Positions 38,199 to 47,177 of a DNA stretch of 64,000 bases are shown in pieces (position 1 is the first letter of the stretch; each line of letters opens with the position of its first letter). The notes beneath the pieces are model-generated. The model saw only the letters and a list, made by a program, of their open reading frames with translations, did no database searches and was not told where the DNA came from. Origin of the DNA: Mucilaginibacter sp. (lineage in GTDB: Bacteria; Bacteroidota; Bacteroidia; Sphingobacteriales; Sphingobacteriaceae); the NCBI RefSeq assembly GCF_028287845.1, contig NZ_JAQBOW010000005.1, positions 393-64,392 on the forward strand. The letters run 5' to 3'. The translations under genes and the position numbers were made by a program.

Positions 38199-39017
38199 TT
38201 ATACGCCACTAAAAATAGAAAAACCGCCATCCACGCAAATCATTGATCCGGTTACAAATGCCGATGCATCACTTAATAACCATACCAATGCGCCTATCAG
38301 TTCATCAGGATTGCCAAAGCGTTTAAATGGTGTGTTTCTAATCACTTTTTCGCCCCTCTCTGTATAGCCACCATCGGGCTTTGTCAATAAATTGCGGTTT
38401 TGCTCGGTAAGGAAAAATCCCGGAGCCAACGCGTTCATCCTGATAGCATCACCATACCGGTTAGCCAACTCGACCGCGAACCATTGATTATAGCAATCAA
38501 CAGCAGCTTTACCCATGTTATAACCCAATACACGGGTTACAGCACTTTTAGAGTTCATGGATGATATATTGACTATGCTGCCCCTGCCACTTGTTTTAGC
38601 AATAGCTTCGCCAAATATTTGCGTAGGTATAACTGTGCCCCATAAATTAAGTTCGGTTACTTTCTTCATACCGGCCATGTTCATTTTAAAAATATCCTGG
38701 TCGGGCATTAAAACACCTTCGGGCATATTGCCACCGGCTGCATTTACCAAACCATCTATTTTGCCATAGGCAGCCAATACTTTATCCTTTGCCGCTACAA
38801 GCGCATCTTCATCCAAAGCATCGGCAATTAGGGCTATAGCTTTGCCCCCGTTTTTATTGATAGCATTTGCCCGCTCTTCGGCAACATCTTTATTTCTCCC
38901 TAATATACCAACTGTACCGCCTGCCTCAACAATACCATTTACAAATGAGTTTCCCAAAATACCGGTACCGCCGGTAACTACAATCACTTTGCCTTCTAAC
39001 GAAAATTTATTTTCCAC
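38199..39017 (-). CDS. SDR oxidoreductase (D-mannonate oxidoreductase-like; possible KduD role)
   Basis: 'VVTGGTGILG', 'LVNAAGGN', 'IVNISSM', catalytic 'YNMGK', 'NALAPGFFLTEQN'; follows kduI. Confidence 0.8.
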   Translation of the reverse strand: MENKFSLEGKVIVVTGGTGILGNSFVNGIVEAGGTVGILGRNKDVAEERANAINKNGGKAIALIADALDEDALVAAKDKVLAAYGKIDGLVNAAGGNMPEGVLMPDQDIFKMNMAGMKKVTELNLWGTVIPTQIFGEAIAKTSGRGSIVNISSMNSKSAVTRVLGYNMGKAAVDCYNQWFAVELANRYGDAIRMNALAPGFFLTEQNRNLLTKPDGGYTERGEKVIRNTPFKRFGNPDELIGALVWLLSDASAFVTGSMICVDGGFSIFSGV

Positions 39018-39034
39018 TTTTTAATTTTTATAGC

Positions 39035-39106
39035 TGTCATTTCTAACGAGAGAGAAATCTTATCTATTATGCAAGGAGTATAATATTTCTCCTCGTCGAA
39101 ATGACA
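39035..39106. repeat. REP/REPIN-like imperfect inverted repeat
   Basis: TGTCATTTCTAACGAGAGAGAAAT ... ATTTCTCCTCGTCGAAATGACA between kduI and the SDR gene. Confidence 0.6.
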
Positions 39107-39130
39107 ATTGTTGTTAGTTAATTATTATAT

Positions 39131-39961
39131 CTATTTTATATCTCCAATATCAAAAACATCCATATCGGTATAATCCAGGTTTTCGCCGGCCATGCCCCAT
39201 ATAAAACTATAGCTGGCCGTTCCGCTACCCGAGTGTATGCTCCATGGTGGCGACACTACGGCCTCGTAATTATCTACCAGTATGTGCCTTGTTTCCTCCC
39301 CTTCGCCCATATAATGGAATACACGTTGCCCCTTCGGTACATCAAAGTAAAAATAAGCTTCCATGCGCCTGTCATGCACATGCGCGGGCATGGTGTTCCA
39401 AACACTCCCTTCAGCCAAAATAGTAAGCCCCATTACCAGCTGGCAGCTTTGTATACCTGCTGAATGTATATATTTATTTATAGTACGGCTATTTGCTGTT
39501 GAAGCGTCGCCGGCATTTACTTTAACTGCTTTTTCATTGGTTAGCAAAGTAGTTGGATAATTGACGTGAGCCGGGCATGACAGCATATAAAACACCGCCG
39601 GATTAACCTTATCCTTACTTGAAAACTTTACGCTTTTTACACCTTTACCAATATAAAGGCAATCCAGTTTATTTACAGTGTAAACTTGTCCGTCGGCAAT
39701 AACTTCACCATCACCGGCTACGTTTATAATGCCTATTTCCCGGCGTTGTAAAAAGTATTCGGCTTTTAGATTAGGGTAATTTTCCAGTTCTAACTGCTTA
39801 TCAACAGGGTTTGCCACTCCAACAATCATCCTATCATAGTGCGTGTAAACGCAATTGATCTCATTTTGCTTAACTATGCCATCAAGCAAAAACCGCTCGC
39901 GTATAACAGCTGTTTGGTAGGATTTAAAATCCCCGGGGTGTACACTGTATATTAATTTCAA
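39131..39961 (-). CDS. kduI: 4-deoxy-L-threo-5-hexosulose-uronate ketol-isomerase
   Basis: 'YTHYDRMIVG', 'FLQRREIGIIN', 'SCQLVMG.T', 'WNTMPAHVHDRRMEAYFYF', 'SPPWSIHSG', 'GENLDYTDMD'; TTG start. Confidence 0.95.
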   Translation of the reverse strand: MKLIYSVHPGDFKSYQTAVIRERFLLDGIVKQNEINCVYTHYDRMIVGVANPVDKQLELENYPNLKAEYFLQRREIGIINVAGDGEVIADGQVYTVNKLDCLYIGKGVKSVKFSSKDKVNPAVFYMLSCPAHVNYPTTLLTNEKAVKVNAGDASTANSRTINKYIHSAGIQSCQLVMGLTILAEGSVWNTMPAHVHDRRMEAYFYFDVPKGQRVFHYMGEGEETRHILVDNYEAVVSPPWSIHSGSGTASYSFIWGMAGENLDYTDMDVFDIGDIK

Positions 39962-40036
39962 GACAATTTAGCTATGATTATTTTCAAGACAATTTTACAA
40001 TTTATCAATCAATTAAAAGCGATATGCAGGCATATT

Positions 40037-40175
40037 TTTACGCAAACGATGTAATCAATGAGTGAATGAGTAATTGAGTGAATGAGTGAATTTTAAATTT
40101 GTAAAGTAGGATTACATTCAATCATTCAAAACTCACTCATTCACTCATTGAAATTAATTACATCGTTTGCGTAAA
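40037..40175. repeat. 139-bp inverted-repeat structure in the divergent kduI/yhcH promoter region
   Basis: Perfect 19-bp IR TTTACGCAAACGATGTAAT (40037-40055) / ATTACATCGTTTGCGTAAA (40157-40175) enclosing complementary GAGTGAAT and ATTCACTC octamer arrays. Confidence 0.75.
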
Positions 40176-40276
40176 TTTTAATGCTGTTGTTATATTATAT
40201 AGCCAAATACTTGTAATATTGAATTTTAAACCAATTACGCCATCACTATTAGGCTGGCTCTAAATTATTTATTTAA

Positions 40277-40897
40277 ATGAAAAAGATACTCTACTACAAG
40301 TTGATGGTGTTAATTATGATTTGTTTTATCAGTAAAACAACCATTGCGCAAACTACTGATAACTGGACCGAAAAATCTGCCAAAGAGTGGGTTGATAAGG
40401 GCGAATGGAGAAATGGTTTTAAAACAAAACTATATGCCGGTATTGATAATGTTGAGTTTGCCAAACAATATCATAAAAATAAAGCAGCGTGGGATAAGGC
40501 ATTTGCTTTTATAAACAATACAAAGCTGGATACCTTATCGCCGGGAAAGCATTTAATTGATGGCGATAATGTTTTTGCTACTATAACTGATGCTAATACT
40601 AAAGAATATGATAAAACGATGTGGGAGTCGCATCGTAAGTATATTGATCTGCATTTAATGATACGCGGAAAAGAGCGCATAGGTGTAATGAACCCGGCAA
40701 CCGCTGTGGTTACCGACCCATATGACGAAGCTAAAGACATTGCACATTACGATGCTAACACTAAAGGCAATTATTATATAGCAGACCCGGAAACATTGAT
40801 GATATTTTTTCCGCAAAACTCGCATCGCCCGGTTATACATGTTGACGGGTACGACAAGGTGAAAAAATTAGTTATAAAAATTAAAGTTGCACAATAG
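40277..40897 (+). CDS. YhcH/YjgK/YiaL-family protein with signal peptide
   Basis: 'GKHLIDGDNVFATI', 'WESHRKYIDLH.MI.GKE', 'YD..KDIA.Y', 'IFFPQNSHRP', 'VKKLVIKI'. Confidence 0.85.
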   Translation: MKKILYYKLMVLIMICFISKTTIAQTTDNWTEKSAKEWVDKGEWRNGFKTKLYAGIDNVEFAKQYHKNKAAWDKAFAFINNTKLDTLSPGKHLIDGDNVFATITDANTKEYDKTMWESHRKYIDLHLMIRGKERIGVMNPATAVVTDPYDEAKDIAHYDANTKGNYYIADPETLMIFFPQNSHRPVIHVDGYDKVKKLVIKIKVAQ

Positions 40898-40899
40898 TT

Positions 40900-42108
40900 A
40901 TGCGTATTAAATACCAATTGCTGCTGGTAATTTTTATCAGTTCATTTACTTTAAAAGTGAATGCCCAAAGTGATGTTGCCGGCGCCTTTAATTTTGCAAC
41001 CTCACAAACTTCATTAATGTTAACAGAGGTAGCTAATACAAAGGCTCAAACTACAAATAACAGTTTAGTAGTTCCGCGCACATTAGATAAAAACGGCAAT
41101 CTTTTATTGATTAACTCAAGAGACTGGTGCAGCGGCTTTTTCCCCGGCGAGCTTTGGTATTTATATGAGCATACTAAAGATGCAAAATGGCTAAAAGAAG
41201 CAAAAACTTATACAGATTTTATTGAGCGGGAAAAAACCAACACTACCACCCATGATCTGGGTTTCGAGATATATTGCAGTTTTGGCAATGCTTATCGCCT
41301 TACACAAGACCCTGCTTACAAAGCGGTAATTGTACAGGCAGCACAATCTTTAATTAAACGTTTTAACCCGGTAGTTGGCGCAATTAAGTCATGGGATAAT
41401 GTAAAGATTGGCAAATACCCGGTGATAATTGACAATATGATGAACCTGGAGCTGCTATTTGAAGCTACCCGCTTATCCGGTGATTCTACTTTTTATAAAA
41501 TAGCGGTTACCCATGCTAATACAACACTAAGAAATCATTTCAGGGCCGATAACAGCTCTTACCACGTAATTAATTATGATGCCGAAACCGGAAAGGTGGT
41601 TAATAAAGTAACCGCACAGGGGTATGCGGATGAGTCTGCCTGGGCCCGTGGCCAGGCTTGGGGACTATATGGCTATACGCTATGTTACCGGGAAACTAAG
41701 GACAAAAAGTATTTACAACAGGCAGAAAACATTGCCAAATTTATTTTGAATGACCCCAATATGCCTAAGGATTTTATACCCTATTGGGATTATAATGTGC
41801 CGGATAAGGCTAATCAACCTCATGATGTTTCGGCTGCGGCAATTACAGCATCGGCTTTATATGAGTTGGGTACATATAGTGTTAATGGCAAATCATACAC
41901 TTCAACAGCCAATAAGATAGTAAGCAATCTATCCAACTACAGGGCAAAAGAGGGCGAAAGCAAAGGGTTTTTATTATTGCATAGCATCGGCCATCTTCCG
42001 GCCCATAGCGAGATAGATGTGCCGATAATTTATGCGGATTATTACTACCTGGAAGCATTAACACGCAAGCAGCGCCTGCACGATCATCAACCGGTTATTA
42101 AACAATAA
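40900..42108 (+). CDS. GH88 unsaturated glucuronyl hydrolase
   Basis: 'DWCSGFFPGELW', 'TTHDLGF', 'VIIDNMMNLELL', 'SAWARGQAWG.YG', 'YWDY', 'IYADYYYLEAL'. Confidence 0.92.
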   Translation: MRIKYQLLLVIFISSFTLKVNAQSDVAGAFNFATSQTSLMLTEVANTKAQTTNNSLVVPRTLDKNGNLLLINSRDWCSGFFPGELWYLYEHTKDAKWLKEAKTYTDFIEREKTNTTTHDLGFEIYCSFGNAYRLTQDPAYKAVIVQAAQSLIKRFNPVVGAIKSWDNVKIGKYPVIIDNMMNLELLFEATRLSGDSTFYKIAVTHANTTLRNHFRADNSSYHVINYDAETGKVVNKVTAQGYADESAWARGQAWGLYGYTLCYRETKDKKYLQQAENIAKFILNDPNMPKDFIPYWDYNVPDKANQPHDVSAAAITASALYELGTYSVNGKSYTSTANKIVSNLSNYRAKEGESKGFLLLHSIGHLPAHSEIDVPIIYADYYYLEALTRKQRLHDHQPVIKQ

Positions 42109-42330
42109 CCATTAATTTTGCTTTTGAAACAGCTTCGTTTTCACGTGTATTACTTCAAGTGTCCCAGGTGTATTCATGTGTCCCTGGGACAGCACATGTG
42201 CCCGGTCATTACAGCATTACGGTTCTTTACCGGATAACTAATTGCTAAACCACAGTAACGATTATATTATATATAGCCCGCAGCCGACATATTATTTATA
42301 TTTGAATTACCAATTTAAATAACCTTACCG

Positions 42331-44718
42331 GTGAAACCAACTTATAATATCATGCTAAAAAAGACATTTACTCTTTTGCTAATAATTGGCGCAATACAAA
42401 GCAAAGCTCAATCTTTTCAAAAAACAGATCTTGGATTACAAACCGTGGTTAACGGAAATAACATCGAAATACAGTTCTATAACCCTGATGTAGTACGGAT
42501 AATAAAATACCCTGTTGGTGCAAAGTTCTATAAGAACAGCTATAGTGTGGTAGAGCGTCCTGCAAAAACAGAATTTACGGTAACTAAAACCAATAATAAT
42601 TTAGTACTTACAAGCAATGCCTTAAAAGTACAGGTTGATGTAAATACCGGTAAAATTCAATACCTCACTCCTGCTAATAAACTATTGCTTGCCGAAAAAG
42701 ATAACGGCGCACAGTTTACATCGGTTGTTGATACCGGTAAAAACTCTTATTCAATTTCGCAGGATTTTACATTAGCAAATAATGAGGCGGTATATGGTTT
42801 GGGCCAGCATCAAAAGGGCATAATGAATTATCGTAATAAAACCGTAGTGCTAAGAAACCTTAATATGGATATCGCTGTTCCGTTTTTTCAAACATCGGGC
42901 GGTTATGGCGTTTTTTGGGATAACTATTCTACTACTACTTTTAAAGATAATGCCGGCACTACTACGCTTCAATCTGTATTAGGCGATGGCATTGATTATT
43001 ACTTTATGAACGGCGGCAATGCCGATGGCGTTGTTGCAAAAATGCGCACACTTACCGGCGATGCTCCTATGTTTCCACGCTGGGTATTTGGCTTTTTTCA
43101 AAGCCGCGAACGTTACAAGAGTCAAACAGAAGTGGTAGGTATTGTAAAAAAATACAGGGCGCTAAATGTGCCGCTTGATGGTATAGTACAGGACTGGCAA
43201 TATTGGGGAACCAAGGAAACCTCATGGAACTCGACCGAATTTGGCAACCCGCTGTATCCCGAACCTAAAAAAATGATTGATAGTGTTCATGCCTTAAATG
43301 CGCATATTATTATTTCTGTATGGCCATCATTTGGGCCCAATACGGCTATACTTAAAGCAATGGATAATATTAAAGCTTTGTTTGATTTTAAAACCTGGCC
43401 AACAACACAAGGCGTAAAAGTTTATGATCCGTTTAACCCCATAGCACGCAATGTTTACTGGGATTTTATGAACAGGAACATATTCTCGCTGGGTATGGAC
43501 GGCTGGTGGCTTGACGCAACCGAACCCGAGCAAGCTAATACTAACAATACCGATAAAGTAAGAACTTATGCAGGCAGCTTTAAATCAGTAAGTAATGCAT
43601 TTCCGCTATTAACTACTGGCGGGGTGTATGAGCATCAGCGCAGAACATCGGCAGATAAAAGAGTTTTTATTCTTACCCGCTCGGCTTTTGCAGGGCAACA
43701 GCGTGATGCAACAGCTACGTGGTCTGGCGATATACAGGGTACCTGGCAATCATTCCGCAACCAAATTTCGGGTGGGTTAAATCTTTCTTTAAGTGCTATC
43801 CCCTATTGGAATACGGATATAGGCGGCTTTTTCTCGGCTACAAAATATCCAAAAGGTATAAAGGACGCTGCATTTCATGAACTTTATACCCGCTGGTTTG
43901 AATTTGCAACGTTTACTCCGTTAATGCGGTCGCATGGTACCAGTACACCGCGCGAAATTTTTCAATTCGGCGCAAAAGGCTCATGGGCTTATGACGCACA
44001 GGAAAAATTCATCAACTTGCGTTATCGCTTGCTCCCTTATAACTACTCAAATGCATGGCAAATTACCGCGCACCAATCTACAATGATGCGCGCATTAGTA
44101 ATGGATTTCCCTAAGGATGAAAAGGTATTTGATATCAACAATGAATATATGTTCGGTAAAGCTTTCCTGGTGGCGCCTGTTACAGATTCTTTATACGTTA
44201 GCAGGGCAACGGGCAACGCGGTAACTGATTTCGGCACTGTAAAAACTCAGCATGTATACTTACCAAAAGGCAGTACCTGGACAGATTTCTGGACCGGCGA
44301 AACCTATACAGGTGGTAATATTATAGCAAGTAAAGTACCTATAGACCAAATACCACTATTTGTTAAAGCAGGCTCAATTATACCATTCGGGCCCTTCCAG
44401 CAATATACTTCTGAGAAAAAAGCAGATAAGCTGGAAATAAGAATATACCCCGGTGCAAACGGAACTTTTACTTTGTATGAGGATGAAAACGACAATTACA
44501 ATTATGAAAGCGGTGTTTATAGTACTATTGATTTTAAATGGAACAATCAAACAAAAACCCTTACTATAGATAACAGAAAAGGCACGTTCCCCGACATGCT
44601 AAAAGACAGGGTGTTTAATTTAGTACTGGTGAATAAGACTAGCGGAACAGGCTTGGCAATTGGCAAAACAATAAAAACTATTCGCTATTCCGGCGCACAG
44701 ATCCAAACTAAATTATAA
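42331..44718 (+). CDS. GH31 glycoside hydrolase (alpha-xylosidase-like)
   Basis: 'DGIVQDWQYW', nucleophile 'WWLDATEP', 'WSGD', 'YWNTDIGGF', 'RSHG', 'LYEDENDNYNYE.G'. Confidence 0.92.
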   Translation: MKPTYNIMLKKTFTLLLIIGAIQSKAQSFQKTDLGLQTVVNGNNIEIQFYNPDVVRIIKYPVGAKFYKNSYSVVERPAKTEFTVTKTNNNLVLTSNALKVQVDVNTGKIQYLTPANKLLLAEKDNGAQFTSVVDTGKNSYSISQDFTLANNEAVYGLGQHQKGIMNYRNKTVVLRNLNMDIAVPFFQTSGGYGVFWDNYSTTTFKDNAGTTTLQSVLGDGIDYYFMNGGNADGVVAKMRTLTGDAPMFPRWVFGFFQSRERYKSQTEVVGIVKKYRALNVPLDGIVQDWQYWGTKETSWNSTEFGNPLYPEPKKMIDSVHALNAHIIISVWPSFGPNTAILKAMDNIKALFDFKTWPTTQGVKVYDPFNPIARNVYWDFMNRNIFSLGMDGWWLDATEPEQANTNNTDKVRTYAGSFKSVSNAFPLLTTGGVYEHQRRTSADKRVFILTRSAFAGQQRDATATWSGDIQGTWQSFRNQISGGLNLSLSAIPYWNTDIGGFFSATKYPKGIKDAAFHELYTRWFEFATFTPLMRSHGTSTPREIFQFGAKGSWAYDAQEKFINLRYRLLPYNYSNAWQITAHQSTMMRALVMDFPKDEKVFDINNEYMFGKAFLVAPVTDSLYVSRATGNAVTDFGTVKTQHVYLPKGSTWTDFWTGETYTGGNIIASKVPIDQIPLFVKAGSIIPFGPFQQYTSEKKADKLEIRIYPGANGTFTLYEDENDNYNYESGVYSTIDFKWNNQTKTLTIDNRKGTFPDMLKDRVFNLVLVNKTSGTGLAIGKTIKTIRYSGAQIQTKL

Positions 44719-44740
44719 GTTTAAATACTCATCGCTTTTT

Positions 44741-45124
44741 TTATAGCACCAGTTGCAAGTGCAATCTAATCAATGTTTGTAACGGATCAACACATAGCCC
44801 CGGATGAACTTTCGAGGCCTGTACTACGGTACTGCGTGTTGCTGTAAGCCAACGGAAACGAGAGGCTTCATCCAATTCGCCTATTGGTCCGCTTTCCTGT
44901 CCGCCATGACATATTTGGTCAAACGCATGTAGGTTGGTTTTTATTTCTTCAACAGCATCCCCGTTTGTAAAACAGCAAAGCTTGTCTTCATCTACAGTAA
45001 TTATCGCCCGTAAAAAATTCAGTTTTTTACAATACAGAACTACACCAACATTCATAAATTCTTCGCGTTCTACCCTGGGCACAACACGAATTACTGCGTA
45101 CTCAAAAACGTACTTCCCCGGCAT
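44741..45124 (-). CDS. DUF3037-family protein
   Basis: 'FEYAVIRVVPRVEREEFMNVGVVLYC', 'RFRWLTATRSTVVQ.S.VHPG'; overlaps the upstream kinase by 23 bp. Confidence 0.85.
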   Translation of the reverse strand: MPGKYVFEYAVIRVVPRVEREEFMNVGVVLYCKKLNFLRAIITVDEDKLCCFTNGDAVEEIKTNLHAFDQICHGGQESGPIGELDEASRFRWLTATRSTVVQASKVHPGLCVDPLQTLIRLHLQLVL

Positions 45125-45890
45125 TTTGTGCTTCTTTTATAAAGATGTCAGATGCTGCAATACGCAGCAATAAAAATTGAATATATACCTCCCGGCGTTC
45201 TGTGGCTGATAATGTTTCATCAGTGAGCCATTCATCCGGTATTAACCCTACAATATTGCGTATTACCTCTTCATTTAAAATCAACTTAAACTCTGCGTCA
45301 ACCAACTCCAGCTGGGTAGCGCGAGGTAATAATACATGGTCTTTAACTTGTACAAAGGGGCGCGTAGCCTGTTCTTTCCAATTATCCCATGAATGATGAA
45401 AGTATAAAGATGCACCATGATCTATCAGCCACAATTCTTTATGCCATATCAGCATATTGGTATTACGCGGTGTACGGTCAACATTGGTAAGTAAACAATC
45501 CAACCAAACTATCTGAGATGCCAGTTTTGCATCGGTTACCGTAACTGTAGGATCAAACGTTATAGCACCCGAAAGATAATGCAGGGCCAGGTTAAGCCCC
45601 ACGCTTGCTTTCAGCAGGTCCTGTATTTCTTCGTCAGGTTCAGTGCGACCAAAAGCCTCATCTAAATTAGCGAAAACAATTTCGGGTACTTTTAAGCCTA
45701 AATAACGTGCCAGTTCACCGCCAAGCAGTTCGGCAATTAACGCTTTTACACCCTGCCCTGCCCCCCTAAATTTTAACACATATAAAAAGTCATCATCAGC
45801 CTCGGCAATAGCGGGCAATGAGCCGCCTTCGCGTAAGGGGGTTACATAACGTATTACATTTACTGTGCGTAGTTGAGGGTAGATGTTCAT
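45102..45890 (-). CDS. HipA-like (PI3/4-kinase-related fold) kinase
   Basis: Gly-rich 'REGGSLP', 'YVLKFRGAGQG', alphaC 'AELLGGELA', catalytic 'TNVDRTPRNTNML', 'WLIDHG'. Confidence 0.85.
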   Translation of the reverse strand: MNIYPQLRTVNVIRYVTPLREGGSLPAIAEADDDFLYVLKFRGAGQGVKALIAELLGGELARYLGLKVPEIVFANLDEAFGRTEPDEEIQDLLKASVGLNLALHYLSGAITFDPTVTVTDAKLASQIVWLDCLLTNVDRTPRNTNMLIWHKELWLIDHGASLYFHHSWDNWKEQATRPFVQVKDHVLLPRATQLELVDAEFKLILNEEVIRNIVGLIPDEWLTDETLSATERREVYIQFLLLRIAASDIFIKEAQNAGEVRF

Positions 45891-45963
45891 ATTATTTTAG
45901 CCTTTAAAACTACTCATTTATCCCAAAATTGATGCAGTTATTTGGGGATAAAAATAAGGATCT

Positions 45964-46168
45964 TGTTTCACGCGAATGTGAAACAAAATGTAACAAGTGA
46001 AACAAGATTTTGACTTAACCTATTGAAAATAAAACAACTACGAAAAAGTGATGTAACAAAATGTAACAACTTATTCGTCTGTTTTTTTAGGTATAATTTT
46101 CTATATTAAACTGATAATCAAATAATTGCAAATAGGCTAATTTTAATGTGATGAAACAAAATGAAACA
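45964..46168 (+). repeat. Dispersed ~200-bp element with arrayed TGWAACA heptamers (copy B)
   Basis: Inverted TGTTTCA at 45964; TGWAACA at 45979, 45989, 45998, 46052, 46062, 46152, 46162. Confidence 0.65.
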
Positions 46169-46197
46169 AGATTTTTTACATGCAATGATTTCATGTT

Positions 46198-47058
46198 TTA
46201 TTTGCCATTTTTATTAGCCGTACCTAACCATAATAACGCGTCAATTATAAATTTATCCTGCTCACGGCTGGCGAAGCTTGACGATAGCGAAGTAGTAAAC
46301 TTGTTGTATTGATGCTCATAATCCATATCATTATGCCCCATGTTTACATACACCATATTGTAGTTTCTATTACTCCAGGCTACAGGATAATAACCGCTAT
46401 GCCATATTTCATGAGGCTTAGGGCCGGTACCTAACGGGAAACTGGTAGAATCGATAGCCAGCAGTATATCAATATCCGGATTTTTAGTCAAATCATTCTC
46501 CCATCTATACCACTCGTTTGGCGACGATTTAAATCTTTTAGGCAAATGTTTGGTTGCTGGGTGCTTATTATCTTCAACGCTTAAAATTGCAGCTGTTGGG
46601 CGCCAGGTATTGCTTTTATATTGGCCCGATCCTAAAAATGTGTTGTGGTACCAGTCCCAATTTTGTGGTATTCCTGAAGGGGTAAGCGCAAATGCCGCAA
46701 AATGAAAACCCATCCATCCGCCACCATTATCCATATAGGTTTTAAAGGCTTCCCGTTGTTCGGGATCTTCGGGGCGGGTATCCAAAAACAAAACCACCTG
46801 GTACTTTGCCAGGAATTGGGCATTCAAATTTTTCCAGTTACTGGTAGAATCATATGCAAAATGATATTGCTTAGCCATTTCGGGGAACCAACGATTGGCT
46901 TCATGCACATAGCTTATGTGCGCCTCGTCATTCTTGGCAGTGTAAAATGCTATAACGCTGAATTTTACAGGCTTGGTGCTTTGTGCATCAGCGCCAAAAA
47001 AGAATAGATTTACTATAAAAAGTATTACAAGCTTTTTGTTTAATGGTCTTTTGATCAT
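46198..47058 (-). CDS. ThuA-like domain protein, exported
   Basis: 'YQVVLFLD', 'YMDNGGGWMGFH.A', 'WDWYH', 'HPAT..LP', 'NEWY.W', 'PVAW', 'YVNMGH'. Confidence 0.8.
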   Translation of the reverse strand: MIKRPLNKKLVILFIVNLFFFGADAQSTKPVKFSVIAFYTAKNDEAHISYVHEANRWFPEMAKQYHFAYDSTSNWKNLNAQFLAKYQVVLFLDTRPEDPEQREAFKTYMDNGGGWMGFHFAAFALTPSGIPQNWDWYHNTFLGSGQYKSNTWRPTAAILSVEDNKHPATKHLPKRFKSSPNEWYRWENDLTKNPDIDILLAIDSTSFPLGTGPKPHEIWHSGYYPVAWSNRNYNMVYVNMGHNDMDYEHQYNKFTTSLSSSFASREQDKFIIDALLWLGTANKNGK

Positions 47059-47177
47059 AATTAATTCAGGTAAATTTATTCTTTGGCCTAAGTAAATCTA
47101 TTACAAAGCAAGCAATATTAACTTAAATCAGCTTTGTTTATTCCCTGTTATTTTGCTTTCTTTACCGCTACCTATTT

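Noticed and set aside
36817-42270. Shared 14-mer AACGATTATATTAT at 36817-36830 and 42257-42270 as LacI sites
   Set aside because: An AT-rich 14-mer pair is expected by chance in 64 kb and it is not palindromic; unsupported without a motif analysis.
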